Shown: in pieces, positions 47,069-57,704 of the stretch | How positions within the stretch are numbered: the first letter of the stretch is position 1 | Layout of the letters: each line of letters opens with the position of its first letter | Translations under genes and position numbers: made by a program | Origin: an uncultured Gemmatimonadaceae bacterium | GTDB taxonomy: Bacteria > Gemmatimonadota > Gemmatimonadetes > Gemmatimonadales > Gemmatimonadaceae | Direction of reading: 5' to 3' | DNA length: 64,000 nucleotides | NCBI GenBank assembly: GCA_963716745.1 | Contig: OY970320.1 | Span: 416,001-480,000 of the forward strand | The notes under the pieces: model-generated | What the model was told of the DNA's origin: nothing | The model's database searches: none | The model's input: only the letters and a program-made list of their open reading frames with translations

Positions 47069-47566
47069 ATGAGCGACGCAGTGCGGTCTGCAACGAAGGA
47101 CGCTACCCCGGTCGCGACGCATGCCGTCATCGGCTCCGACCGCCCGCATGGGCTGGTCACGTGGGGCGCGATCGCCGGCAAAGGCCGCGGCGTGATCGCG
47201 CGCATCGATTGCGCGAAGGGCACTGAGGTCGAGCGCGCGCCGGTGATCGTCGTGCCCGCCGACGATCTGCTCGACCCCGGGCACCGCGACACGGTGCCGG
47301 ACCACTATCTGCTCTACTGGAGCGACGAAGCCCAACGCGAGATGGCGATGGGCTGCGGCCTGCTCATGATCTACAACCACTCGGCATCGCCGAATGTCGA
47401 GTTCGACGACGGTCCCGAGCCGGAGACGATGTCGGTGATCGCGCTCCGCGACATCGCCGCGGGTGAAGAGCTCATGTACGACTACGGCGTGCCGCTCTGG
47501 TTCCGCGACGCCATTAGAGATGAGCCCAAGCCCAAGAAGCGGCCGAAGACCCGGAAACGCCGCTAG
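47069..47566 (+). CDS. SET-domain protein (putative lysine methyltransferase)
   Basis: GKGRGVIA, YNHSASPN, ALRDIAAGEELMYDYG. Confidence 0.88.
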   Translation: MSDAVRSATKDATPVATHAVIGSDRPHGLVTWGAIAGKGRGVIARIDCAKGTEVERAPVIVVPADDLLDPGHRDTVPDHYLLYWSDEAQREMAMGCGLLMIYNHSASPNVEFDDGPEPETMSVIALRDIAAGEELMYDYGVPLWFRDAIRDEPKPKKRPKTRKRR

Positions 47567-48075
47567 AAGGTTCGCTCGTCTGCCGTCGGCCCATACACCG
47601 GCGGCACCGGCACATCGAGCAGGCGCAGGTACACGGTCATCTGGCCGCGGTGGTGCACCAAATGATTGATGTGGTTGCGGAGGATCACGCGACGGGGCGC
47701 CGACCAGAGCACCATGTCGCCGCGCTTGAGCGCCCACGTTCGGTCGAACGCCTCGTCCTTCACAGTCGAGAGTGCCTTGCGGGCGTCGCGGACGTTCGTG
47801 TCGAAGGCCGCCACTAGTGTAGCTGTCGGCTGAAAGGCGTAAGGCGGTGCGGTGGCCAGATCAAGCGCGTCCTCCTGCAGCGTGTTCGCGATCCAACCGG
47901 GCATCCACGAGATGAGTTGCGCCAGATGGCCGATCGCGAATGACTTCGAATGCGGCTTCCACTCGCCCTTGTCGCCGGGGACGCGCTCGAGCACACGTCG
48001 CGTTGCGGCCATTTCCAGATCGAACTCCGGAAGCATCGAAGCGCCGATAGTGCTCGCGTTGTCTTTTGTAGTCAT
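47563..48075 (-). CDS. DinB-family protein
   Basis: EMAATRRVLERVP, WKPHSKS, NHLVHHRGQMTVYLRLLDVPVPPVYGP; GGAGG RBS. Confidence 0.9.
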   Translation of the reverse strand: MTTKDNASTIGASMLPEFDLEMAATRRVLERVPGDKGEWKPHSKSFAIGHLAQLISWMPGWIANTLQEDALDLATAPPYAFQPTATLVAAFDTNVRDARKALSTVKDEAFDRTWALKRGDMVLWSAPRRVILRNHINHLVHHRGQMTVYLRLLDVPVPPVYGPTADERTF

Positions 48076-48085
48076 CGCGAACCTC

Positions 48086-48580
48086 CTATGCCGATAGATG
48101 GAACGGTTTGCGTGGATGCTTGAGCATTCGCTCCTCGATCCGCTCGGAGAGCCACTGGAAATACTCGCCGAGGTATGGGTCGGGTGAGGACACACGAACC
48201 TCCTCGAAGAGCGGCTTGTACTTCGCCCAGGCGGTGGTCACGAAGCTGCCGAGCGTCTTGTCCACGAGGTCGATGCTGATGAGATGCTCGGCGACGATGA
48301 TGCCGAGCGATTCCATCTCCTGCGCGAGCTGCATGAGCATGATCTGATCGTTCGCCGGCATCGCGCGCATGGCATCGCGGGTGACGGGCATCTCGTGATT
48401 GAGGATCCAGTACATCAGCTCGGTGAACTCGCGCGTCTGGAACGCGGTGAGCGTCTCCACGGTGAGTCGTTCCCGGCGATCTCGCGCCGCGACGCGTACC
48501 TGCTGGATCCCGAACACGAGACCGACGATGAACGACAGCGCGAGCGCGAGGTTGGCGAGGAGTCCGATCGTGTCGGCCAT
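48086..48580 (-). CDS. Membrane-anchored hypothetical protein (DUF4760-like)
   Basis: N-terminal TM helix; ESLGIIV...W...P.....R.......EYFQWL pattern. Confidence 0.65.
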   Translation of the reverse strand: MADTIGLLANLALALSFIVGLVFGIQQVRVAARDRRERLTVETLTAFQTREFTELMYWILNHEMPVTRDAMRAMPANDQIMLMQLAQEMESLGIIVAEHLISIDLVDKTLGSFVTTAWAKYKPLFEEVRVSSPDPYLGEYFQWLSERIEERMLKHPRKPFHLSA

Positions 48581-48759
48581 GTCCGCGGTCCACCGGGTGA
48601 AGAGTCAGCGATCGCGCCAAAAATGATTCCGCCGTCGCGCGCCGATTAATCGTATCTTGCTTCGCGGCGCCGAGCAACGCCGCTCCCGGGAACCGCGCGC
48701 GTGCACGAGCAGTAGAAGACAATTCGACCACGCGCGCCGCGTGCCGCCCAAGGGAGCGC

Positions 48760-49623
48760 ATGAAGAAGTTCCACGCCGGATTCCTGCTGTCATACGACTA
48801 CGACATGCTGCGCGCGTCGTTGCCGCCGGTGTACGCGGCCGCGGACCGGATCTTCCTCGCGAGGGATCAAGGGCTCCGGACATGGCGCGGGAACGCGTTC
48901 ACGATCGATCCCGAGTTCTATGACTGGCTCGGTGCCTTCAATGTCGACCGCAAGATCGAGATCTACGAGGACGATTTCTATCGGCCCGCCCTCTCCCCGA
49001 TGCAGAACGAGACCCGCGAACGCGCCATGCTGTCCGAGCGCATGGGCATCGGCAATTGGCTCATCCAGGTGGACGCGGACGAATATTTCATCGACTTCCC
49101 GCGATTCGTCACGGAACTCCGGCGTTACGACTCCTATCTCGATGATCCCGAGCGGACGAGAGTCCAGATCTTCGCGTTCTGGTTCATCATCTACAAGTAC
49201 ACCGACCACGGGATCCTCTACGTGGACCGGCCGATGAAATCGGCGTTCGCCACGAATTGCCCGAACTACAAGCATGGCCGGCGCACCGACGAGCGGGCGA
49301 TCTATCTCGACAGCATCGTGCTGCACGATTCCGTGGCGCGAACGGAATCGGAACTCCGGTTCAAACTCGCCAACTGGGGCCACAATGGCGACGTCGACAA
49401 GGATTTCCTGAGCAAGTGGCTGGCCGTCGACGAGACGAACTACCGGACGATGAGAGATTTCTACTACATCGAGCCGGCGCGATGGAAGACACTCGAATTC
49501 CTTCCCACGAAGGAGATGGGCCGGATCAAGCAGCTCGTGGCGGGTTCACGCGATCTGCGGGTCACGAAGAGCTACGTGGCTCGAAAGAACCTCGGCCAGT
49601 GGTTCAAGTTCTTGTGGAAGTGA
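48760..49623 (+). CDS. Hypothetical protein, possible GT-A-fold glycosyltransferase
   Basis: WLIQVDADEY DxD motif, late LH and WGH; GGGAG RBS. Confidence 0.6.
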   Translation: MKKFHAGFLLSYDYDMLRASLPPVYAAADRIFLARDQGLRTWRGNAFTIDPEFYDWLGAFNVDRKIEIYEDDFYRPALSPMQNETRERAMLSERMGIGNWLIQVDADEYFIDFPRFVTELRRYDSYLDDPERTRVQIFAFWFIIYKYTDHGILYVDRPMKSAFATNCPNYKHGRRTDERAIYLDSIVLHDSVARTESELRFKLANWGHNGDVDKDFLSKWLAVDETNYRTMRDFYYIEPARWKTLEFLPTKEMGRIKQLVAGSRDLRVTKSYVARKNLGQWFKFLWK

Positions 49624-50020
49624 GCGCTGCCGGCCCTCCGCTCCTGAAATAGGCGAACATCAGCGCCGCGGCGGCGATCGCGAGGTTCACGGCGCGCTGC
49701 GGTCCGAGCGCGGTATCCGTGGGCAGATCGTTCGCGACCCGGTCGATCATCGCGTAGTAGCCGAGCATGATGCTGAAGATGAGGAGCACGATGTTCGCGG
49801 TGCTCTCGGTCATCGTGATGAGCCTCGCCTTCGCCGGCAGGCGCCAGGCGGCCAACCCGCAGGCGAAGCACACACCATAGTAGGCGTACCGCGCCGCCGG
49901 CCAGCCGTCGAGGAACGCGGCGCGCACGCTGATGCCGCCAAAGCGATCGAGGAGTGCGAAGACCGGCGTGCCGACGAGATAATAGAGATCCGGCGCGCGC
50001 GGGGATGCTGTGCCGCTCAT
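49604..50020 (-). CDS. Hypothetical membrane protein
   Basis: About four hydrophobic segments; ATGA overlap with upstream deacetylase. Confidence 0.6.
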   Translation of the reverse strand: MSGTASPRAPDLYYLVGTPVFALLDRFGGISVRAAFLDGWPAARYAYYGVCFACGLAAWRLPAKARLITMTESTANIVLLIFSIMLGYYAMIDRVANDLPTDTALGPQRAVNLAIAAAALMFAYFRSGGPAALTSTRT

Positions 50021-50784
50021 GCGCGCGCCGGTGCGGACAGGCGCTGGATATATGACGTCCCCACGGCGCATCGGTTCGCACCGGCTGCGCCCAGACGTTC
50101 GAGCGGCGCGAGCCAGCCTACGACGGGCGTGGGCGGCGACCATGCGTAGACCGGCGTGCGCGGGATGGCCATGGCGTCGCCTCGCCACGCGCGCACGAGC
50201 GTGAATCCACTCGTATATCCCGCCTCGCGCGCGAGCGCGCACTCGCGCGCGCGCGCGATGCCGAACGGATAGCTCACCGTATCGCAGGGAGCGCCGAGCG
50301 CCAACTCGAGCGTTTCGCGCGACCGAACCAGCTCCCGTCGCGCCGCCGCGTCGCTCAGCCAATCGAGCCGTGCATGCGTCGCGGTGTGCGATGCGAATTC
50401 GATCCCCCGCCCTCGCGCCCGCTCGATGTCGCGCCACGCGAGATGCGCGAAGCGCCGGCCGCCATACGCGACGTCCCAGCGGTTGAGCTTGCCGGCAAAG
50501 TCGGTGATCACGAAGCATGTCGCCGTGTATCCATGCGCCGCGAGCACCGGGAATGCGTGATCGCGGAGGCCGCGGTACGCATCGTCGAAGGTGATCGCGA
50601 GTTCACGATCGCCCACGGCTCGTTTCCCCGTCGCGCAGGCGATGATCTGGTGCAGAGTGAGCGTGCGCCATCCCGCGCGCGCCAGGCGGTCGATCTGCCG
50701 CGCGAAGCGGATAGGAGAAAGCCGCGTCACACCCAGCTCGTGACGCGGCTCCACTTTGTGATAGCAAAGGATCGGAGGGAGCAG
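50017..50784 (-). CDS. Polysaccharide deacetylase (NodB family)
   Basis: [28 protein letters not shown]; start codon unclear. Confidence 0.88.
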   Translation of the reverse strand: MLPPILCYHKVEPRHELGVTRLSPIRFARQIDRLARAGWRTLTLHQIIACATGKRAVGDRELAITFDDAYRGLRDHAFPVLAAHGYTATCFVITDFAGKLNRWDVAYGGRRFAHLAWRDIERARGRGIEFASHTATHARLDWLSDAAARRELVRSRETLELALGAPCDTVSYPFGIARARECALAREAGYTSGFTLVRAWRGDAMAIPRTPVYAWSPPTPVVGWLAPLERLGAAGANRCAVGTSYIQRLSAPARA

Positions 50785-50799
50785 CAGGCGCCCCTGCCG

Positions 50800-51917
50800 T
50801 CAGTCGAGGTACTTGCTCAGCGGCTCGCTCTTCATGCCAAAGACTTCCGCGACCGCCGGATACACGACCGCCCCCTCCACCACGTTCAGCCCCTTCGCCA
50901 GCGCCGCATCCTCCTTCAGCGCCTTCTTCCATCCCTTCTGCGCGAGCTTCATCGCGTACGGGAACGTCGCATTCGTGAGCGCCAGGGTGCTCGTGCGCGA
51001 CACGCCGCCCGGCATGTTCGCCACGCCATAGTGGATCACGCCGTCCACGACGTACACCGGATTCTCGTGCGTCGTGGCGTGGATGGTCTCCACGCAGCCG
51101 CCCTGGTCGATCGCGACATCCACGATCACCGAGCCCGGGCTGCATCACCTTCAGGTCCTCGCGACGAATGAGCCGCGGCGCCTTCGCGCCCACGACGAGC
51201 ACCGCGCCCACGACGAGATCGGCCGTCGAGATCTGCTCGAGGATCGTGTGCCGGTTCGAGTACACCATCTGCACGTTCGCCGGCATCACGTCGCTCAGAT
51301 AGCGCAGCCGCTCGAGGGAGAGATCGAGGATCGTCACTTTCGCGCCCAGCCCCGCCGCCATCTTCGCGGCATTCGTGCCCACCACACCGCCGCCCAGGAT
51401 CACGACCTTGCCCGGCGGCACGCCCGGCACGCCGCCCAGCAGCACGCCACGCCCGCCGTGCAGCTTCTCGAGGTACTTGGCCCCCTCCTGCACCGCCATC
51501 CGCCCCGCCACCTCGCTCATGGGCGTCAGCAGCGGCAGCTCCCCGCTCGGCAGCTCCACGGTCTCGTACGCGATGCAGACCGCGCCGCTCGCGATGTGCG
51601 CCTTCGTGAGCTTCTCGTCGGCCGCGAAGTGGAAGTAGGTGAAGATCGTCTGCCCCTTCTTCATGCGCTTCCACTCGGGCTCGATCGGCTCCTTCACCTT
51701 CATGATCATGTCGGCGTCCGCCCACACGGCGTCGGCGGTCGGCGCGATCTTCGCGCCCACCTTCGTGAACATCTCGTCGGAGAAGCCCGAGCCTTCGCCC
51801 GCGCCCTTCTCGACGCTCACGCTGTGGCCGGCCGACGACGAGCGCTTCCGCGCCCGCGGGCACGAGCGCGACGCGATTCTCGTTGGTCTTGATCTCTTTC
51901 GGTACGCCGATCTTCAT
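50800..51917 (-). CDS. ald: Alanine dehydrogenase (apparent frameshifts ~51835 and ~51130)
   Basis: [46 protein letters not shown]. Confidence 0.94.
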
Positions 51918-52004
51918 GGGATTGTCGTAGGGTGTCGTGCAGATTGGATGAATCTGTGCGCCCGATTCGTGGGCGCTAGGGGAGACAACTCATGCCGTTA
52001 GAAA

Positions 52005-52095
52005 AATCATGTCAATCTTGTTAATCCTGTCAAATGCCCTTCACGGAGTTTACGACAACAAAATACTAGACAGGATTAACATGATTTGCCGGATT
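52005..52095. repeat. AT-rich inverted repeat with 9-bp tandem arms
   Basis: AATCATGTC AATCTTGTT AATCCTGTC ... GACAGGATT AACATGATT TGCCGGATT. Confidence 0.8.
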
Positions 52096-52115
52096 GGAAC
52101 TACAACTACCACTTC

Positions 52116-53388
52116 TTACGGTACCGCGGGCGTTGGGCCGAGGCTGAGAATGGTCTGATTGCCGGGCTCATAGAACTCGTGCGCACACCTCGCGCACCGT
52201 CTCGGCTGATATCGAATCGATCAGCGTCAGCGTTTCATCCAGCGTGCGGTAGGGCTCGTCGTACAGCGCGGAGCTCGCGGCGCGGTACATGCGTGAGGTC
52301 ACGCTCTCGAGCGAGAGGGTGACCGAGCCGGCGAGTTGGCGCTTGCCCGATGCGAGTTCTTCCTCGGTCAGCGAATCGGCGGCAAGCCGCGCGAGTTCCT
52401 CGCGCACGGCGTTCGCCGCGGCGGCCGCGGTGTCGGGACCGGTGCCCACGTACACGCCGTGCACGCCCGTATCGGGATGGAACGTCTGGAAGGTGTGCAC
52501 GTCGTAGGCGAGCCCCAGCTCCTCACGCACACGCTGGAACAGTCGTGAGCTCATGCCGCCGCCGAGCATCGTGTCCACGAGCGCCACCGCGTAGCGCCGC
52601 GGATCGCCGTAGGCTACGGTGGGCGAGCCGAACACAATGTGCGTCTGCGCGCCTTCGCGCTGCACGTGCTGCGCGCCCGGCTTCGTGGGCGCGAGCGCCG
52701 GCGCCTTGAGTGCGTTCGTCTCGCCGCGCGGGCGATCCGCCCAGCCCGTGCGCTCGAGCGCGGTGAGCAGCGCATCGTGCTCGACATTGCCCGCGCACGC
52801 GACGACGATCTGCGGCGGGTGGTACGCCCGCTCGTGCAATTCCTTCAACTCCTTCACGCCGAGCTTCGCCACGCTGTCGCGCGTGCCAAGGATCTGATAG
52901 CCGTACGGGTGCTTGCCCCACATCGCCTCGTTGTGCAGCTCGAACACGAGATCGTCCGGCGTGTCCTCCACCATGCCGATCTCCTCGAGCACCACTTTGC
53001 GCTCGAGCTTGAGATCGCTCGCGCGCAGCAACGGCTCGAACACGAGATCGCCCACCACGTCGGCGGCGATCTCGAGGTGCATGTCGAGCACGCGCGCCTG
53101 ATACGCCGTGTGCTCGCGCGCCGTGTACGCGTCCAGCGAGCCGCCCAGCGTCTCGAGCGACAGCGCGATCTCGGGCGCGGTGCGCTTGGCCGTCCCCTTG
53201 AACACCATGTGCTCGAGGAGATGCGACACGCCCATCCGATCGCGCGGCTCGTGCACGGATGCGGCGCGCACCCATGCCCCGAATGCGACCGACCGCACTC
53301 CCGGAACCATCTCCGAGAGTACGGTCAGGCCGTTCGGCAGCGTGGTGCGTCTCAGCCCGTGTTCGGGCGCGGACGACACGACGGTCAC
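52116..53388 (-). CDS. M16-family zinc peptidase (apparent frameshift ~52180)
   Basis: HLLEH inverted zinc motif, [12 protein letters not shown]-terminus [15 protein letters not shown] in shifted frame. Confidence 0.92.
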
Positions 53389-55562
53389 CGCCGGTCGCGC
53401 CCTCCGCTCCTCGGCCGGCTGCCACGATCGCCGTCTTCACGGCGAGGACGCGGCGCGCGCTCGGGCTCGTCCGGCATGCCCTCGGGCTTCGGGATCAGCG
53501 CCTTCATCGACAGGCGCATCTTCCCGCGCTCATCGCGGTCGAGGACCTTCACGCGCACGGTGTCGCCGCGCTTCACGACGTCTTCCGTCTTCTCGGTGCG
53601 GCCCCACGCCAACTCGGAGATGTGTACGAGGCCTTCCGTGCCCGGCATGATCTCGACGAACGCGCCGAAGGCCGTCGTGTTCTTCACGGTGCCCTCGTAG
53701 ATCGCGCCGATCTCGGCTTCCACGGTGAGCGCCGCCACCATCTGCTTCGCGCGCTCCATCGCTTCGGCGCCCACGGCGGCGATCGTCACCACCCCATTGT
53801 CGTCCACGGTGAGCTGCGCGCCCGTCTCGTCCTGGATGCCGCGGATCGTCTTGCCCTTCGGACCGATCAGGTCGCCGATCTTCTCGGGGCTGATCTTCAC
53901 GGTCACGATGCGCGGCGCCCACTGCGACAGATCAGCGCGCGGTTCCGCGAGCGCCTTGGCCATTTCGCCGAGGATGTGCAGGCGGCCTTCCTTCGCCTGC
54001 GCCAGCGCCTCGCGCATGATCTGCAGATCGAGGCCCTCGATCTTGATGTCCATCTGGATGGACGTGATCCCCTGGTCCGTGCCGGCGACCTTGAAGTCCA
54101 TGTCGCCGAGGTGATCCTCGGTGCCGAGGATATCGGTGAGGATCGCGTACTTGCTGCCTTCCTTGATGAGTCCCATCGCGACGCCGGCAACGGCGGCCGG
54201 ATACGGCACGCCGGCATCGAACAGCGCCAGCGAGCCGCCGCAGATCGACGCCATGCTCGACGACCCGTTCGACTCGAGGATGTCGCTCGACGATGCGAAC
54301 GGTGTACGGGAACTCCTCGTTCGTGGGCAGCAGCGCCTGGATCGCGCGCTCGGCCAGGTTGCCGTGTCCGATCTCGCGGCGGCTGGTGCCGCGCATCGGC
54401 CGCACTTCGCCCGTGGAGAACGGCGGGAAGTTGTAGTGGAGCATGAAGCTCTTCGTGGTCTCGGCCGCGTCATCGATCGAATCCGTGCGCTGCGCATCCT
54501 TGGCGGTGCCGAGCGTGACCGCGACGAGCGCCTGCGTCTGGCCGCGCGTGAAGAGCGCGGAGCCGTGGGCGCGCGGCAGAATGCCGGTCTCGATCGTGAT
54601 CGGGCGCACTTCGTTGAGCTTGCGGCCGTCCACGCGCTCGTTGGTGTCGAGCACCTGCGCGCGGAGCTCGTTGTACTCGTGGTCGCCCACGAGATTGCCG
54701 ATCTCCTTGGCGTTCTCGGGGAACTCGGCGCCGAGCGCGGCGATCACTTCGCTCTTCACGGCCTCGACGGCCTCAATGCGCGCGTGCTTGTCCTTCTGGT
54801 TGATCGCGGTGCGGATGCGCTCCTTCGTCTGTTCGGCGACGCGGGCCACGAGAGCCTCGGCCGGAACCGACTTCGTCCACGACATCTTGGGCTGCGCGCC
54901 TTGTCGAGGATCTCATTCTGCATGGCGATGAGTTCCTGGATCGACTTGTGCGCGAGCGTGATGCCTTCGACCACATCATCTTCGGTGACTTCGAGCGCGC
55001 CGCCCTCCACCATCACGATCGAATCCTTCGATCCGGTGATGATGAGGTCCATGTCGCTGTACTCGAGCTGCTGGAAGGTTGGGTTGATCGCCCACTTGCC
55101 TTCGAGGCGGCCGATGCGGACGCCGGCGAGCGGCTGGCCGAACGGGATCTTGGACGCGTTGAGCGCGAGCGACACCGCGAGGAGCGACGGCACGTCGGCG
55201 TCGTTCTGCTGGTCGGCGGAGACGACATAGACGAAGACCTGCACTTCGTTCTTGAAGCCTTCCGGGAAGAGCGGGCGGATCGAGCGGTCGATGATGCGCG
55301 CCGAGAGGATCTCGTCGTCGTGCGGGCGTCCTTCGCGCTTGATGAAGCCGCCCGGGATCTTGCCGGCGGCGTATGACTTTTCCTTGTACTCGACCGTCAA
55401 AGGGAAGAACGGGAGATGGCTGATGTTGTCGCTGACCGTGACGGCCGCGATGACCATGGTTTCGCCGTACTGGACCATGGCGGAGCCGGCGGCCTGCTTG
55501 GCCATTTTGCCGGTCTCGATGATGAGCTTGCGCCCGGCGAATTCCTTTTCAATGCGCTGCAT
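53385..55562 (-). CDS. pnp: Polyribonucleotide nucleotidyltransferase (apparent frameshifts ~54895 and ~54290)
   Basis: [38 protein letters not shown] and S1 domains. Confidence 0.95.
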
Positions 55563-55587
55563 TTCGTGTTCTCGTCTCAGGGATGTA

Positions 55588-55625
55588 CAAAAGCGCGCGG
55601 GGACCGCATGGGGCGCCCGCGCGCT
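55588..55625 (-). terminator. Intrinsic terminator-like hairpin after rpsO
   Basis: AGCGCGCGGG...CCCGCGCGCT followed by TTT. Confidence 0.6.
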
Positions 55626-55643
55626 GGCCGAAAGGCCGGTGGG

Positions 55644-55904
55644 TTAGTGGCGGAGACCAAGCTCGTCGATGAGCTTCCGGTATCCCGTCACGTCGGTCCG
55701 CTTCATGTAGTCGAGAAGACGGCGGCGTTTGCCGACCATCTTGAGCAGCCCGCGGCGGCCGTGGTTGTCCTTCTTGTGGGCGCGGAAGTGCTCCGTCAGG
55801 TAATTGATCCGCTCGGTCAGAAGCGCGACCTGCAGTTTCGTGGAGCCGCTGTCCTTCTCGTGGGTACGATGCTTCTCGATGAGCGCTGCTTTTTCGAACG
55901 CCAT
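55644..55904 (-). CDS. rpsO: 30S ribosomal protein S15
   Basis: [31 protein letters not shown]. Confidence 0.98.
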   Translation of the reverse strand: MAFEKAALIEKHRTHEKDSGSTKLQVALLTERINYLTEHFRAHKKDNHGRRGLLKMVGKRRRLLDYMKRTDVTGYRKLIDELGLRH

Positions 55905-55967
55905 AACAGGTATTTCTCCGCCGGTATTTCCACTGCGCGTTGTGCGCCGAATCCGTTGTAGCATAGG

Positions 55968-55998
55968 AATTTACTCCCCTTGGCCTCCCCTGTAAAGT
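55968..55998. promoter_or_regulatory. Overlapping divergent promoters of rpsO and kinase gene
   Basis: Minus: TTTACA-17-TAAATT (55996-55968); plus: TTTACT-17-TAAAGT (55970-55998). Confidence 0.6.
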
Positions 55999-56007
55999 CT
56001 CCCCTCC

Positions 56008-57564
56008 GTGCCTGATCGCTATCTCGGGCGCCATCTTGGCCGCTTCCGCGTGGACGCCATCGTCGGCTCCGGCGGTTTCGCCTGGGTCTACAAGGGGTAC
56101 GACCCCGAATTGGACATTCCCGTGGCGATCAAGGTCCTCAAGCCCCAATTCGCGGGCGAGGCGACCTTCGAGACGCGCTTCCGGCACGAGGCATCGATCG
56201 CGGCCAAGCTGCGGCACCCGAACATCATCCGGATCCTGGCCGTGGGGCGCGAAGGGACGGCGGTGTACTTCGTCATGGACTTCCTGCCCACCGGCCTCGA
56301 CGGCCGCCTCGAGATGCTGGGCACGCTGCCCGAGACGCTGCTCATCCGCATGGGAATGGACGTGGCCGCGGCGCTCGCGTTCGCGCACCGCGAGGGCGTG
56401 ATCCACCGCGACATCAAGACCGACAACATCCTGTTCGATGAGCACGGCAACGCGATCGTCGCGGATTTCGGGATCGCGCGCGCGGTGAGCGGCTACGTGG
56501 ACCAGACCGGCACGAACATGGTGGTGGGCACGCCGCAGTATTTCTCGCCGGAGCAGGCGCGCGGGCAGACGCTCGACGGGCGCGCCGACATCTATTCGCT
56601 GGGCGTGACGCTCTTCCGGGCGAGCGCCGGCGTGCTCCCCTTCCGCGGCGACGACTGGTACGAGATCGCGCGGCAGCATGTGGAGGACCGGCCGCCGCGG
56701 CCGCGCGAGTTCAATCCCGCGCTGTCGGACGAAGTCGAGCGGATCATCCTCAAGTGCCTCGAGAAGGATCCGAACGACCGGTATCCCACCGGCGACGCGC
56801 TGCGCACCGAGTTGGTGCAGTTGCTGGGCCGCGCGAGCACACCGGTGGCGCAGCTCGAAAAACTGGGCGATCCGAACGACAGCGCGGCGTTCGACACCAC
56901 GCACAACAAGGAGAAGTGGCGCCGTTATCGCCGCGGCACCGTCGCCGTGGCCACGGCCGCGGTGATCGGCGTCGCCGCGGTCGTGTGGAACGCGCTGCGT
57001 CCGGCGGCGCCCGCACCCGTCACGTCCGGCGGCGAGGCCCTCGCGCCCGTCACCGTGAGCGCGCCGGCGATGAGCGCGTCGGACTCGGCACCGGTGGTCG
57101 TGAGCAAGGCCGGAGCGCATACGCTGCGCGTGCACGCGCCCGCGGGCGCCGAGGTCAGCATCGATGGCAATGTGGTGGCCACCGGCAGCTGGAAGAGCGA
57201 CTCGATCGCGCCGGGTGCACACACGGTGTCCGCGTCGGTGCACGCGATCCCCGGCTGCAACTCGGCGCGCCAGGAAGTGAAGACCAAGGTGCAGCCGGCC
57301 GGGACCACGAGCGTGACGATCACGCCGCGCGAGTGCGGCTACTTCTCACTCGACGCCCTGCCCGCCGCGGCGAACTTTACGCTCGCAGGTCCCACCGGCA
57401 GCATCGCGGCGCATGGCGTGGTGGCGAAAGTCAAACCGCTCGTGGTGCCGGTGGGGAAATACACGCTGCACGTGACGGCGCCGTACTGCGCGGAATTCAG
57501 GGGAGCGGCGACGATATCGGCGGGGAAGACGAGACGCGAACGAGTACGGCTCATCTGCAAATAG
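56008..57564 (+). CDS. Hanks-type Ser/Thr protein kinase with TM helix and PEGA-like exterior domain
   Basis: GSGGFA, VAIKVL, HRDIKTDN, DFG, GTPQYFSPEQ. Confidence 0.93.
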   Translation: MPDRYLGRHLGRFRVDAIVGSGGFAWVYKGYDPELDIPVAIKVLKPQFAGEATFETRFRHEASIAAKLRHPNIIRILAVGREGTAVYFVMDFLPTGLDGRLEMLGTLPETLLIRMGMDVAAALAFAHREGVIHRDIKTDNILFDEHGNAIVADFGIARAVSGYVDQTGTNMVVGTPQYFSPEQARGQTLDGRADIYSLGVTLFRASAGVLPFRGDDWYEIARQHVEDRPPRPREFNPALSDEVERIILKCLEKDPNDRYPTGDALRTELVQLLGRASTPVAQLEKLGDPNDSAAFDTTHNKEKWRRYRRGTVAVATAAVIGVAAVVWNALRPAAPAPVTSGGEALAPVTVSAPAMSASDSAPVVVSKAGAHTLRVHAPAGAEVSIDGNVVATGSWKSDSIAPGAHTVSASVHAIPGCNSARQEVKTKVQPAGTTSVTITPRECGYFSLDALPAAANFTLAGPTGSIAAHGVVAKVKPLVVPVGKYTLHVTAPYCAEFRGAATISAGKTRRERVRLICK

Positions 57565-57578
57565 GCGCCAGTGCGACA

Positions 57579-57697
57579 GCCGGGAACCGATTACCGGGAA
57601 CCGGTGCGGCATGACAACGAATGGTATCACGAACTCGCGCGATGTCGTATGCCATGCGTTGTCATGCATCACCGGTTCCCGGTAATCGGTTCCCGGC
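57579..57697. repeat. Long palindrome with 7/14-bp periodic arms
   Basis: 28-bp perfect IR GCCGGGAACCGATTACCGGGAACCGGTG plus inner stem GCATGACAACG/CGTTGTCATGC. Confidence 0.9.
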
Positions 57698-57704
57698 AGT
57701 TCGC

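Noticed and set aside
44960..48075. DinB genes as DNA polymerase IV or SOS regulon members
   Set aside because: They are DinB/YfiT four-helix proteins; I saw no TTCGG-N6-TTCGG upstream by eye
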